Assembly: GCA_965649765.1 (NCBI GenBank) | Contig: OZ287757.1 | Location: forward strand, 36,208,001-36,272,000 | DNA: 64,000 nt | Source of the DNA: Bispira polyomma | Taxonomy: Eukaryota | Direction: 5' to 3' | The notes under the pieces: generated by a model | The model's input: the letters and a program-made list of their open reading frames with translations, nothing else | Database searches by the model: none | What the model was told of the DNA's origin: nothing | Shown here: positions 25,401-38,156 of the stretch, piece by piece | Position numbering within the stretch: the first letter of the stretch is position 1 | Layout of the letters: every line of letters starts with the position of its first letter | Translations under genes and position numbers: made by a program

Positions 25401-28400
25401 AAGTGTGTCTTTTTGTCAACAATCAATAACTGCATAGCTAATTTTAATTGTTATTGTTATTTATAGTTATACATATTACAATGTACATAACCACATCATT
25501 CACATAGTATAAGTGAGTGTATGTGCACTCTTTATCAAAATCAATAAGTAGGTCACACATGTGCCATGTACAGCTCAATGCACTGAAGTAAACAAAGTTC
25601 TCTCCATTTTAATATTTGCTATTTCAACATTAGAATTACAAAATAAGTATATTTGTCCCAACATTTACATAGGAAATTAAAAAAGGTTTTAACTTGTGGA
25701 AAAGAAATGCGATAAACTGCATCATTATGACAATTACAAATATTGTATATATGTTGTAAAACATAGCAAAATTTATGTGCTTTACTACGTCTAGGTGAAA
25801 CATGTGCCATTATGTAATCTTATCTTTAGTTGTAATTAAAACTGTTTATTTATTTCTGTTGAAGATACAGTAGTGTCAGGTCATACGATATAAATGTTTT
25901 ATTTAAAAAAAATATTCTGTGATTGTTTTGTCCAAAGCATAATCATCCACAAGTAGTATAAATACTTTACCAAATCTTTTAACTACTGTACTACATGGTC
26001 AAAAAAATTTGATAACCTAAACTTATTAGATCCAATGTGTTACCTCCCTCAGAAAGTACCTCAAAAGTCACCTATTTGCATTAGCCTTCCCTAATAAACC
26101 CCTCTCTCATGTATGGCCACATCTCCGTGAATTACTGAGCCTTTTATATTCTCCAATTATAGGATTTTTGCCTTCCATTTTACTTTTTGGTTTTCAACTC
26201 ACTGCCTTTCTTTTATTAAAGAATGTTTTGTGTCTGCAAAAACTTGGATTTAGATTTGATTAAATATACACATACTGAAAAACATTGGGTCACACAACCC
26301 ATTTTTGAGCCCAGCCCCTGCTTCTCACCAAAATATTGTATTATCGGAACATGTTGGAAGAGCAGGATTTTTGTTCAAATACTAGAAGGTTTAAAATAAA
26401 AAAGAGGCATTTGTTAAATGTTAATGTTTTACTTCTATAGCGATACAATCTTTGACCAGGCAGCCTCTATACAGGTGTACATCCTTGTCAATATTCCAAA
26501 AAAAAAAATAGAAAATGAATGGGAGGAAATGTTAGTGATCAGAGTTCAGCCGTAACCAGCAGGCAAAATGTTAAGGACAATAGCAAAATATACATTTAGG
26601 AGAGGAAAAATGTGTTCATAAAATTGAGTTTTCAGATGATAGAAGTTTGGATGCTAGAAGTTCTATTGTACTAGTTATATTTTCACATTTTCTCATTATT
26701 TGTCCTTGAACAGGTCTGTGAACAAGAGCCACTGGAGCTCTTCAAGCTGTTTCAGAGTCAACTTAAGCAGATCCTTTACTGTCCACAAGTGCTTCTGGGA
26801 ACTTCAGAACACAGTTTGGATCCAAAGGATGTTGCAATATTTGTAGAGGTATATTATTAGGTTTTTACCATTTTAAATACTAGATAAAGGTAGATAAATT
26901 TAAATAGTGCATCAGGGGATATTTGAGCTACTTTAGCTAATGAGTTGGGATGGTGACAATTTATTGCCAGTAATATGTGAATTATTTTAAAGCCTTAGGG
27001 TTAAAGTTTAGCTAGAGTGCTAATTGTTGCTGATATGATAAAGCAAAAACCAAACTAGCACCCAGGTAGCAGGAGTTTGCTGACATATGTATATCTACTG
27101 ATACATAACACCTTAGTGGCCCAAAGGGCTTGTATACAGCTGACTGTCAGATTATTAATCAACCAATTGGAGTATATAGAAATGTAATTTGTGTCTTATC
27201 ATCTGAAATCACATGCTTGAATTTTTTTGCATAAAAATTTGCGCGTATCCTATGAAATAGTTGTAATTTACACAACTTAAGTGAATCAGTGCACTTCTTT
27301 TTATTTATAATCAGTTGTTGGTTAAAATATACCTGAAATTTTTGTACCTGGCAAGAAAACTTTGGGCTTTAATCAGACAATAGCCAATAGTGGAGTATTA
27401 ATTCCGGTGAATTTGTGAAATTTTCTTCTAGCTTAAATGTACACTCAAACAGTATGCAATGCTCCCAGTAGATTGAACTGGTGATAAGCACCAAAAGTTA
27501 AAGTAACAGTATGTATAGGGGTGTTTTAGTACAAAAGAATAGGGAAGACATGAAAGTGGGCGACTTAAGTTTTACTGTTTTTGGAAACTATAAATTTGGA
27601 TAGTAGAAGTTCTACTCTGGTCAAGTGAATTAATACCAGGGAGGTATTTTCATTCAACTTTCTGTGAGAAAAAAATGCAGAGCAATACTTATAAATCTGT
27701 TACTCATGTAGATATATATTTAACAGTTTAAATGTCCATCAAATTTATTTTAAACACCAAGCCAACTTTGTATAGCTATTTTATATACTTTAAGTCGATA
27801 ATTGTTTTGTTTCATAAGGATGAAGAAAGGTATATCCTACCTAAACAACTGTCCAACAGCGCTGGAGATTTGCTGCGGAAAGAAGCTGACAATGTCAACC
27901 TGGAAAAACTTCTGCAGGTGAATGTTAAGTGATACACTGGTGTGTAAATTGTTATGTGTATAGCCACATTTAAGTATGGAATACTAGTTAATGTTAACCA
28001 AGTTTATACTTAATATTACTAATATTTAATAGAGGAAATATTAAATAGTAAAATTGGCAATATATGAGTATGACAGACATCTGCTTTCTAATCCCTCTTT
28101 TAATAGGGCTTAAACATCCTTCATTCAGATTGAGCACCCTAAAATTGTGCCCAAAAATTAGCCATTTAATAGCTTTTATCACAAAACGCCTGTTGCAGTG
28201 GTTTATATGTCCTTTTGACAAAAAATTGGTGTCTCTGTTATACTGTTCAGATCTCTGTAGACATGCCACCACATAAACAGTACATATAGCACAATCCCTA
28301 AGTAAAGCAAGAAAACAGTTAACAGGTTCACGTTAAACAAGAAAATCACTGATCTCAAAGCACGTCACTTCTTGTGTGAGCATTCCGTTTTGAGAAAATG

Positions 28401-29694
28401 TGGTCTATATATTACATTGTGTAGACTAGCAGATGAACACTTTCCCTTGTCCTGACTAAACCTGGGGAATTATTTGTCACAGGAAGTTTTAACAGATTTG
28501 TGTTAAGTACCTTGCCCGACTGTTCAATCTCCAGTCCAGCAGCTTACATAGACTAAAAATTACTGGGTCATACAAACTTTGACCAAATAAAATCAATATA
28601 ACAGAGTTGTATAAACAATGACCCACTTAATCAGGTATAATTTAGTGAGTTAACAAAACTAACAATTCTGATAAAATCGAATGTTGATTTTTGATTTTAT
28701 GTTCTAGATGGTTATTAGTTAAATGCAGATGAAACATTACGATCCCAACCAGGCTCATGTGTGTCGTGTATGTCAGTGAGTTTAGTGGAAAACCTGCTTA
28801 AGTATTTATTTTTTCAATGAGATAAGTTGAAACCTTGCTAAAGGGCTTTGTTTTAGATGCCACTTTTAACATAGTTTTTTTTACTTTTACGTTTGTTTTT
28901 CAGAGAGTATACACAACATTGCAAAAAGAGTTTGAAAATATGCAGGAATGCAAAGCAATGTGGACTGCGGTCTATCAATCAGAAGCTTTAAAGCACTACA
29001 TTACATCTCTTGTGAAAATTGTATGGAAAATGGTGATCCAGCGCCCACCGATGAAATTCAAGCACTGTACTACATGGAAAGGCGAAGATGTACATGACAG
29101 GTATGTATCGTAAAAGCCAGGCAGATCGAATTGCTTAGTTTAAAATGCAAATGCTTACAGTCCAATTTGAAAAAATAGTCTGTGGGTGACATGCTTGGAA
29201 AAGATTGGAAATTTAAAATCATTGTTGTGTGTAATTTCAAAGTCAAACCATGTTTGATGCAAGTGAACTTTTTTATTATCGAATTGAACACCTTCTGATC
29301 ACCAGAACAACTGCCCCATCTGAAAGTGTTAGAATGCAATTCTTAGAATTTTCTTCGGCTCAGCCAATTGCATTAATTCAAAAAATATTTTTAGCTAAAT
29401 AAATTAGTTGAAATACAAGTCTAATATAAGAATATTTGTGGATACCAGCCCAGAGCAACTTCCCCATCCGAGAGGCAACTGGGGGTCATCTGATGACCAA
29501 ACCAACTTCCTATAACCAAGAGGACACAGTAGACCAGTAGTTATAGGTTATGTTGGTATATGTGTACTTCTAGGTACTGGTCCAGCAGTGAGTCCCCTGA
29601 TGCAGAAATATTTCAGGTTTACCCAATCCTTTACCATGGAGACCAGCTGATGGCCAAAGGGAAGGTGTATGGGATGCTGAAGGAGAAAACATAA
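19477..29694 (+). CDS. MIEAP-C-terminal-domain-like coiled-coil protein, paralogue B (386 aa), predicted N-myristoylated/palmitoylated
   Basis: Exons 19477-19880, 21389-21593, 26714-26848, 27819-27917, 28904-29100 and 29574-29694 are GT-AG and phase-compatible (1161 nt to TAA). MGNCCS start; ENVSIKNRPMNVAEQYQLLMSNQW, VWKMVIQRPPM and VYPILY..KGKV align with paralogue A. Confidence 0.85.
20565..21330 (+). mobile_element. tRNA-derived (CORE-like) SINE split by a MITE
   Basis: B box GGTTCGAATCCC (20574-85) and CORE-like CATTGGGTAAG..CCACTGCC..CCACCCAGG; the sequence resumes as GCCATTAGAGGATG after the MITE at 21307. Confidence 0.5.
20768..21303. mobile_element. MITE with GTCCCACCGG termini and CWG target (Harbinger-like)
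   Basis: CTG|GTCCCACCGG ... CCGGTGGGAC|CAG. Confidence 0.7.
21675..24150 (-). mobile_element. Decayed L1/Tx1-clade LINE ORF2 in intron 2 of gene B
   Basis: Minus-strand fragments IISCLLKGNK..LKNW..ILLLCVIYKIAS..IANRLKPVL, LIDFEKALDSVSW, GVLSEPFQSKCGC..SPYLFII and WMQYKILNRII, with many frameshifts; a T-run near 21675 may be the poly(A) remnant. Confidence 0.9.
24478..24570 (+). pseudogene. tRNA-Tyr-like degenerate sequence (tRNA pseudogene or SINE head)
   Basis: ATAGCTCAGTTGGTAG..ATCCAAAGGTTGCTGGTTCTATTC resembles the D-arm and 3' half of tRNA-Tyr. The anticodon arm is disrupted. A partial duplicate lies at 24596-24645. Confidence 0.5.
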
Positions 29695-29904
29695 AATATA
29701 AATAAATAAGATGGACAGTAGATGCTAAAGCTAAAAAGGAACATACATACTTCAAAAATAATTGTTTTTTTTTTAACATTGCCTATGATTTTTTTATAAT
29801 GGTTGAATAGTTACTTCAATAACTATAGTAAAAAGAGTGTTCACTATATAAAATGTATTGTTCTACGATAGAGATTTACTTTTGGTACTGTTTTGTTATG
29901 TACA

Positions 29905-31470
29905 TATGTACAGTAGTTTATTAGTTTATAATCTCATGTATATTATGTCAACCAGCTGGAGTAAAATTATAAGTCTAAAATTCAGTATCCTCGCAGATCC
30001 CAAAAGATGGGGATGTATGTAGTCACATTAAGGCTATTTCTTCTATATAAAACAAGATGGTCGCTATGGGGGACTTCTTCCAAAATACTCAAAGTACTTG
30101 TACTTCAACCACGCAATTGATATGCAGGTTGCACTAATGACTTTCAAGTTAAAATACCTTAATATTAAATTACTTCAAGGGATAGTCACAGGAGTGTTTA
30201 CTGTATAAATGTAGTGTATTTTTCTGCCATGAAGATTTTGTTTTACATTTTGTACCGTTTTGTTTTGGTACATACATGTACTTACTAATAATAATGAACG
30301 TTAAGTTTACAATGTAAAGTATGGTGAAACACATATTAGAGAAGACCACCCCGCCCCTCCATATAAAAAAGTCACCTCTAGAGAAAGACCACCTTTTTTG
30401 TCTCAAAACTTGAACTGTATAGTAGTTTATAATCTTGTATATATTATGTCACCCCGTTGGAGTAAAATTTTAATTCTAACATAACACGGCTAACATAACA
30501 TGTGACCGCGATTCTAATTGCTCAACGCTACATTAAAAATAACCGTTTATACACAAACGGAAGTAGATTAATTTCATCTGCTGTATATGTGATGCCTAAT
30601 AGATATAGTTCCTTCAATAACGTCATTTTGTCATGTTAGAATAGGGTTCGCCTTCGTGTTACTATGCCTCCAATCGTGGTTAAAATTAGTGTACAGCATG
30701 CTTTGTCATGTATTATCCCTTAAGTCTAAAATTCAATATCCCCGCTGGCCAAATGACAGAGATTGGGGATTAAGGCTGTTTCTTCCATAGGAAATCCTGC
30801 TCAGGTAGAGGTTTATATTTATTCCAGTCTCTTGTGATTGACTTAAATCTCCATTCGTGAACACCTCTGAATAGTGAAACACTTTTCCGGCTCCATTTTT
30901 TTCCCACCAGTAAACTGTATATGTGTAGTACACCAGAACAGTGAACAGCTCCATATAGTAAACATTTTAGCTGGCTATTGTGAGTGTTCACCAAATGGAG
31001 GGCTTTTTACTGTATTGTTACAAAGCTGGCAACATATTGCAGTAAATCAACATGCATTTGGTTTATTATATGCTTTTTTAAATGTTATACTTTGAAATAT
31101 ATGTGCCAACTTCAATTATATATTTCTAAATATTCATCATATATATGGTTAGTGTCTGTGTGTTTTGCCAGATGGGTAATATATGGGGATTAGTGATGTA
31201 AAATTGGACTGTGTTCGTTTTTCCATTTGTAACATTGTTTTACATACAATGATCATCTGTTATAAAGGGCGTCATAGTGCTCATACGATGTATGATATAA
31301 GCTTTTCACCAAATCTTTAAAAAACAAGATGGCCGCTATGGGGGATTCCTTCCAAAATACTCAAAGTACTTGAACCAATAACCATGCAATTGATATGCAG
31401 GTTGCATTAGTGAAGAGTGAAAAATTTTATATGACTTTCAGGTTAAAATGCCTGAATATTGATTACTTAT
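29905..31470. repeat. Local duplication downstream of gene B, second copy split by two insertions
   Basis: 29905-30180 recurs as 30420-30471 + 30721-30790 + 31323-31470 (e.g. aacaagatggycgctatggggga..ccaaaatactcaaagtacttg at 30051 and 31323). Confidence 0.75.
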
Positions 31471-32302
31471 TACTTCACACAATTTTCAGGATTTTTATAA
31501 AATGGCAAATATAAATGAATCAAGAGATTTTGCGTCTACTAGGTGTACTTTAAAAATGTACTTTAAAAAACATTCTTCAACCTCCTCAACATACCACAGA
31601 TAAAGTAATTAAACACCTATCCAAGGTGTGTGATTATTACCATCCCTGACGTTCTTGGTTTCTATGAATATGTAGTACACTGCGGTATGTGCACAACACA
31701 AGGTTTTGTAATTGTATTGTAACTCAAGACTTTGTATTATTACATATTCCAGGAAAAATATTTATTGTATTATTCTTATTTGCTAACATTTATGACGGTT
31801 AATGCTTAGTAAATCTTTTATATCACATTCGTTTCTGGAAATGGATTTCTATTGCAAGTAGTTTGTTACTCCATTGTGTAAGATTAAACTTTAGTGATGT
31901 TGATTTTTCCACATCAGGAAATATCACTGGTTATGAGTCTCTATGGATCAATCTGGAATTGAATGCATTCTAAGAATATCAGTCAAAAACTGGTCCACAA
32001 GACTTTGCCTGTATCAAGTAAAATACATTAAGCAAGGTGTATGGTATGAGAGGGTAGTTTTTGTATTATAATAATTTTATAGAAAATGTGATAATGTGTT
32101 TATCAATATAATCTAGTTTGGGCGTGTCTGTATTTTGCTACAATAAGAGTTGGGTAATTTATAAAGTACTAGTTGGAAGAATAAATAAGGCTAGAATAAA
32201 ATTATATAATTCACTTCATGTTCTTTTGTTTTGTCACTTATTATCCCTTTCCTTGAATATATGGAAACTCGAGTTGTGGGAAAATCTTTTATTTTTTTGG
32301 CA

Positions 32303-32783
32303 TATGATATATACATGTAGGCTCTAGTTTTAGGGATATCATATATACATGTAGACTCTAGTTTTAGGGATATCATATATACATGTAGACTCTAGTTTTA
32401 GGGATATCATATATACATGTAGACTCTAGTTTTGGGAATATCATACATACATGTAAACTCTAGTTTTGGGGATATCACATGTAGATGTTAACTCTAGTTT
32501 TAGGGATATCATACATACATGTAAACTCTACTTTTGGGGATATCACATATAGATGTTAACTCTAGTTTTAGGGAAATCATATATTCATGTAAACTCTACT
32601 TTTGGGGATATCATATATACATATTAACTCTAGTTTTAGCGATATCAAAAATACATGTAAACACCAGTGTTGGGGACATCATACATACATGTAAACACAG
32701 TTTTGGGGGATATCATATATACATTTAAACACAGTTTTGGGGGATATCATGTATACATGTAAACACCATTTTTAGGGATATCG
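32303..32783. repeat. 34-bp minisatellite (~14 copies), consensus AGGGATATCATATATACATGTAAACTCTAGTTTT
   Basis: Direct periodicity of 34 nt (agggatatc at 32332, 32366, 32400...). Confidence 0.95.
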
Positions 32784-33006
32784 TATGTGGGTGGCCTCTA
32801 CTTATAGTGTATATATGAATGCTAGAGTTTTAATCTAGATATTAAACTAATCTCCCGAATAGTGTGTGGTGAACTACATTGATAAATTATGATATAAATG
32901 AATACCTATACAGTTGATGAGTTATGAAGCACATGTACATGAGGACAGGTAAAAGGCGATCTACCCGATCAACCAACCACTTAAATATCAATACAAGCAA
33001 TGTCTG

Positions 33007-33113
33007 GGCCCGTATTCATGAAAGGACTTAGCCAGGTCTTAGGCTTAAATCTAGCACAAAAGTATACTGATTTAAGCCTAAGACCTGGCTAAGTCCCTTC
33101 GTGAATACGGCCC
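33007..33113. mobile_element. Hairpin MITE (same family as 11965)
   Basis: CTG|GGCCCGTATTCATGAAAGG...CCTTCGTGAATACGGCCC|CAG. Confidence 0.85.
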
Positions 33114-33454
33114 CAGGTTAAAACAAGGTACATGTGGCATTATTATATAGATAAACACTAAGTGGCACTACATTATGTAAACTTAATGGAGTAAGAGGGC
33201 CTTCAGCTATAAAACCCATCTAACTAATACACATTTTTGATGAAAATTGAAATTAAATAAAGAATGCTTCTTTAAGTATTTACGTTATTAAATGGTAGAA
33301 AAAAACATCACCACTACATTATTTTCTATTGCTACATTATTAAAAAATAATTCAGTGACACTTCAATGGCAATGCATATGGCTTTGGTTTTATAGCCAAA
33401 GATCAACCTGGACATTTATACATTGACATAAAAGGACATACTAATTAGGCGATC

Positions 33455-33654
33455 ACAATCACTGGTCTCTCACCTCAGGGTGGCGTTCGAATTCTGTCAA
33501 TGCCTATGTGGGAAAGGTGGTAGTTCCTTACTGTGGGCCGCTGGTTTCAGTGCAAAACCTTGACCGATGCAGTGTTTCCTCCAGCGTTTCCAACTACCCG
33601 TCCCAATATAACCTAAACAGGTACTAGAGTGTCGTTAAATATCCAAATTCAACT
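33455..33654 (+). mobile_element. tRNA-derived SINE, 5' truncated (Meta-like)
   Basis: CACAATCACTGG..GTTCGAATTC..GTGGGAAAGG..GCTGGTTTC..TTTCCTCCA..ATATAACCTAAA..GTGTCGTTAAA. Confidence 0.6.
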
Positions 33655-34424
33655 CTTTCACAACCTTGGCCGTCTGTGTTGTACATTCAGTGTGAGGTTC
33701 TTGACAACCCACCCTCTGCCTCCCAATGTATTTATTTTTGTAGTTCAAGAATATGGTACCAGAACGTGGTTCGTGGTAACAGCATGCACACAGTCATCAA
33801 CAGTGGCCCCTATGGCTTAGCTAGTTATAATGTAAACTAGTGGTTCAGATCCCTGAGCTTTGTGTTTAAGTAAGGGGCTATATTGCTTAGCCAAGTAAGG
33901 CCTTAGAGTGAGATAGGAGGATCTTATGTAAGTTGACCCGTCACTATGGTTACACCACTAGATAAGGTTTAAGGTTAAGCTTCTGGACACTCATGCTTTT
34001 AGCTGAAATGAACATTTACGTCAAGAAGTGTTTTATTGATAACTGGACAATCGTATTTTTATCATGAAACAGACATTTACGTTGTGAAGTTTTTTAATGA
34101 TTTTATATCTACACCTTTACATATAACTATTTCAGTGTTTTAATTACATGCTACATGCAATTGCACCACATTACTTACCTGCGTGTAAGTCATGTACATA
34201 ATGTCCTTTTTATCATGTCTTTTTACATACGTTATAAGTGGTGTTTTTTGCTTTTAGTTATACTTTATCTCTTTGAGCCTGCTTCTAGTCAATTGTTATT
34301 GTCAGTAACTTACAAAGCACTGTTATGGCTGGTTATCAAGTAAACGCTACAGTAGCTACCTAGTTTAAAAAATCTGTACATGCTAATTGTAAATGCTAAT
34401 TAGTTAACTTTTAAATGCTTTGGA

Positions 34425-34710
34425 TTTAAGGTCACCTTAATTTAAACCTCCCTTTGGTGGGGTAGTTGTAAATGTCAACCTTAAATTATGTATCTAAGGT
34501 GACCTTAACAAATTTTTTTTATCAAGTTTAACTTTTCTTACTTAAGATGACCTTAAGTCATCATTTGTAATTGTCAACCTTAAATTATGTATTTAAGGTG
34601 ACCTTAACCTAAATTTATCTAAGTTTAACTTCTCACTTTAAGTGACCTTAAGTCACTATTAAGTTGTAGTAACTTAAAAATTGTTATAGGGTGACCCTAA
34701 GTCACTATGT
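34425..34710. repeat. Cluster of TTAAGGTGACCTTAA palindromic motifs with an ~100-bp tandem unit
   Basis: aaggtcaccttaa/aaggtgaccttaa repeated about 6 times; gtcaaccttaaattatgtat duplicated at ~34474 and ~34573. Confidence 0.6.
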
Positions 34711-35483
34711 ACATAGTAGTAATTTAACACTTAATCTAAAAAATAAATTTACCACATTCTGTGTATACTTACCTTGTCTTCCTGACCTCTGACCCTTTTG
34801 GCCTGTTACCGAGGAAATCATACAGTATTGTCCTCTTCACATTTTACAACCTTGGAAGACTGTGTTTTACATTTGGTGTGAGGTTCTTGCAAACTGATAC
34901 GGTATTGTCCTCTTCACAGTTTACAACCTTGAAAGACTGTGTTTTACATTTAGTGTGAGGTTCTTGGATACCGTACTTTACAATTTGTAGATTGTTTACA
35001 GTTTTAGACATTGTGGTATATACAAAAATTTAATTTCATCACCTGACGATAATGTTCCTATACCATAGCACGATTACCAATTTTAGTTTATGTTAAAGTT
35101 AAATTGACTAGTACATTGTATAATATGTCATCGAGAAGAATAGTCTTACTTTACTGTAGTTGCTATTGATCAAACATACTTTCTTGTGGGGCTTTTCTGT
35201 CATTGACAATGCTTTGATTTACTGATGGTGAAACTCGGTCTACCATATTTGTAGATCAAGTTTTGTGTTCATAGGAGCGTTTCAACCATAGCATTCTGTG
35301 CATATGGTTTAGGAGTTTTTATGTGTAAGATTTTCTATGTGTAAGATATAAGATATTTATGTGGCAGAAATATTAGTAGTAAGTAAGTGTTATTTTGTGT
35401 AAGGGTAAAAAAGGTACTTAAAATAGGATACTGATACAGATTACTGCAATATCTCATACAACAGGTAAAAACTGTATCACTTA

Positions 35484-35628
35484 NNNNNNNNNNNNNNNNN
35501 NNNNNNNNNNNNNNNNNNNNNNNNNNNNNNNNNNNNNNNNNNNNNNNNNNNNNNNNNNNNNNNNNNNNNNNNNNNNNNNNNNNNNNNNNNNNNNNNNNNN
35601 NNNNNNNNNNNNNNNNNNNNNNNNNNNN
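35484..35628. other. Assembly gap (145 N)
   Basis: Run of n. Confidence 1.
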
Positions 35629-36720
35629 TTAACATAGTAATAAAGTAATGAGTCAGGGGACAGACATTGCTTGATAGATGTTAGTAGACTAATAGTATTA
35701 GTTGTAGTTGTGGTTGTGTAACATGCTAACTATTGATGTTAACTAATCTTTTTAACAAATAAAGCTCCAAACATGTTATATCCCATGTTTTCACTTATGA
35801 CTTATCCCCGTTGGACTGTTCTTGGAGTGGTGTATATAATAGCCCTCCTGTTCAGTCCTAGAGAGGATAACACTAAATTAATAAAGCTTGTCCTTAATTC
35901 CTAGTTTGTTGGCTTGTTCTCAAACTTGGTGGTTTACAGACTTGGGGGTTTTAATATTAAACAACCTTGTATACTGCTGACAGTCATGTGCTTGGGGTTT
36001 AGAAAATCAACCTAATGACTAATGGTCAAAGTTGTCTGGGTCGAAGTATTTCTCCCGCCAAAATTGTGGTCTATTTAATGCCACCCTCATGGCTTGAGTC
36101 TTCAGTTGTGAAGTAGAAGCTAACCACGTGGGACGATTTGCCCCGCCCACCATCCCTTATTAATTAACTCTTACTAATCTCTGGCTAAATTATAATGGTA
36201 CCTTCACTTTTATCTTTTAAATATCCTAATGTCTGTAATTTCTAGTTCACGGTAACACCCTAAGGGGTTAAATTCAATAGAGACGTAAGCAGATATAGTA
36301 ACAAACAGGTTGTTAATGAAATTATACAGTATTATAAAGTGACAAGTGTCATTAACAGCCAACAGGAAGCAAGTCTGATGCTTCTTAATACAGTGTAATT
36401 ATATGCCTGTCGCATATGTTTTAACTTGATGCTGATGCATCTTATTTTAAGTGGTCAATGTTATCATCCTTTATCTAATGCTTTACACAGCTATAAAGGA
36501 ACTGTAAATAGTAACTAGATGTTGGTAGTATTAACATAGTAATAAAGTAATGAGTCAGGGGACAGACATTGCTTGATAGATGTTAGTAGACTAATAGTAT
36601 TAGTTGTAGTTGTGGTTGTGTAACATGCTAACTATTGATGTTAACTGATCTTTTTAACAAATAAAGCTCCAAACATGTTATATCCCATGTTTTCACTTAT
36701 GACTTATCCCCGTTGGACTG
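35629..36720. repeat. 190-bp near-identical direct repeat (902-bp spacing) right of the gap
   Basis: ttaacatagtaataaagtaatgag...ccccgttggactg at 35629-35818 and 36531-36720. Confidence 0.9.
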
Positions 36721-37194
36721 ATACAGATTACTGCAATATCTCATACAACAGTTAAAAACTGTATCACTTATTGTATTGTATTTTTTTCGAATATATGTAT
36801 ACATTTATTTACTGAAGAGGATAATGGTATAGTGTACTAAATATAGGTTACTCCCCCGCACCCCCTATTGTGATTGATCATTTTTTCTACAAATGGTATT
36901 GGAAGAGAAGCTGGAGTACAAGTTATAGACATCTTGATTTACATATTCAATTTAAAAATCTATAGCTTACAATACTTCTGAAAAAAATCACTTATAGTTA
37001 CCTTATAATTATCTTCTTATAAACACTTATATACACACATTAAATATGGTTACAGCACATCATAATAATATGATTATATTATACAAAAATTAGGTAAACA
37101 CAGAAGAATAGAGCAAACATATAAACAGAATTACGTATATCAATTGTCCGTTTTGATCTTTATACTATATTATTGCTACAATATGTTTAAACAT

Positions 37195-38085
37195 TACACT
37201 CGCCTTATTTTTATCAAATTATAAAACCTGCTCTCACCTGCCTTTGTCTGGAGCTAAAATATGCAACTGCCTCTCAACATTTATGATTTTTATCTTATTT
37301 GCTGTGAGAGCATCAGAACTATGCTCACACCACAATTCATGAACATCTTGGATAAATGAATCACTCAATAACCTGAAGTGGGCCACCTTATTTTCCATCT
37401 GTACAACTCCTACACCTATTCAGACTTCACAGGAGAAGCAGTTTCTAGACTTCTCTGGTACTCATCCTTGTCGGTCACATCAATCTGAACCCAGGTTGTA
37501 ATAATATAAATACTGGCCTGCCTCAACGCCATATAGATTGGCGGCATCAATGCTAGATCGATCTGTATGTCCTCCATCGACCTGATAGAGTCAATGGACT
37601 TTGACATTGTCTCTCTGTTGGAAACCTGGCTCAGTGTTGAAGATACTACCTCTTTCATATCGGAAATATCACTGACTGTTATAAACTATTCCATCAACCA
37701 AGACTCCATAGACGTTGTGGTAGTGCTGGAATCTTTGTAAAGCATTCCTTTGCAGCTGACGCTGCGCTGCAGAGTTTCCCCCAACTGCTACTTTTGAGGC
37801 CGTCACTCCCAAACTTCTCACTCACTTTTGTTGCCTCAGTGTCGACCACCATCTTTTTTAAACCAGCAGAACTTTTTGGCTGACAATTGCTAGAGACCCT
37901 TAGGCTACTTCCACATGAATGCTTCATATTCGGTGATTTTAACATAAAATTTGACATAAATGAGGCCTGGACAACTGATTTTAGAAATCTTCTCAAAGAT
38001 TTTGGTTATATTCAGCACATGAAAACTGCTATCTACATCCAGAAACATATACTAGATCTAGTCAGTGTGAGTCAACCCTGTTAAA
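37195..38085 (+). mobile_element. CR1/L2-clade LINE 5' relic (APE endonuclease)
   Basis: GINARSI..DIVSLLETWL..RRCGSAGIFVK..FIFGDFNIKFD..HILDLV across frameshifts. Confidence 0.75.
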
Positions 38086-38156
38086 AACCACTGTTGTCTA
38101 TGAAGTTTAGGTTGATAAAATAGTATTTGGGGTAATTTCTGTAATTTAACGGTGAA

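Noticed and set aside
32303-32783. Regularly spaced repeats as a possible CRISPR array
   Set aside because: Contiguous 34-bp units with no unique spacers, in eukaryotic DNA; this is a minisatellite.
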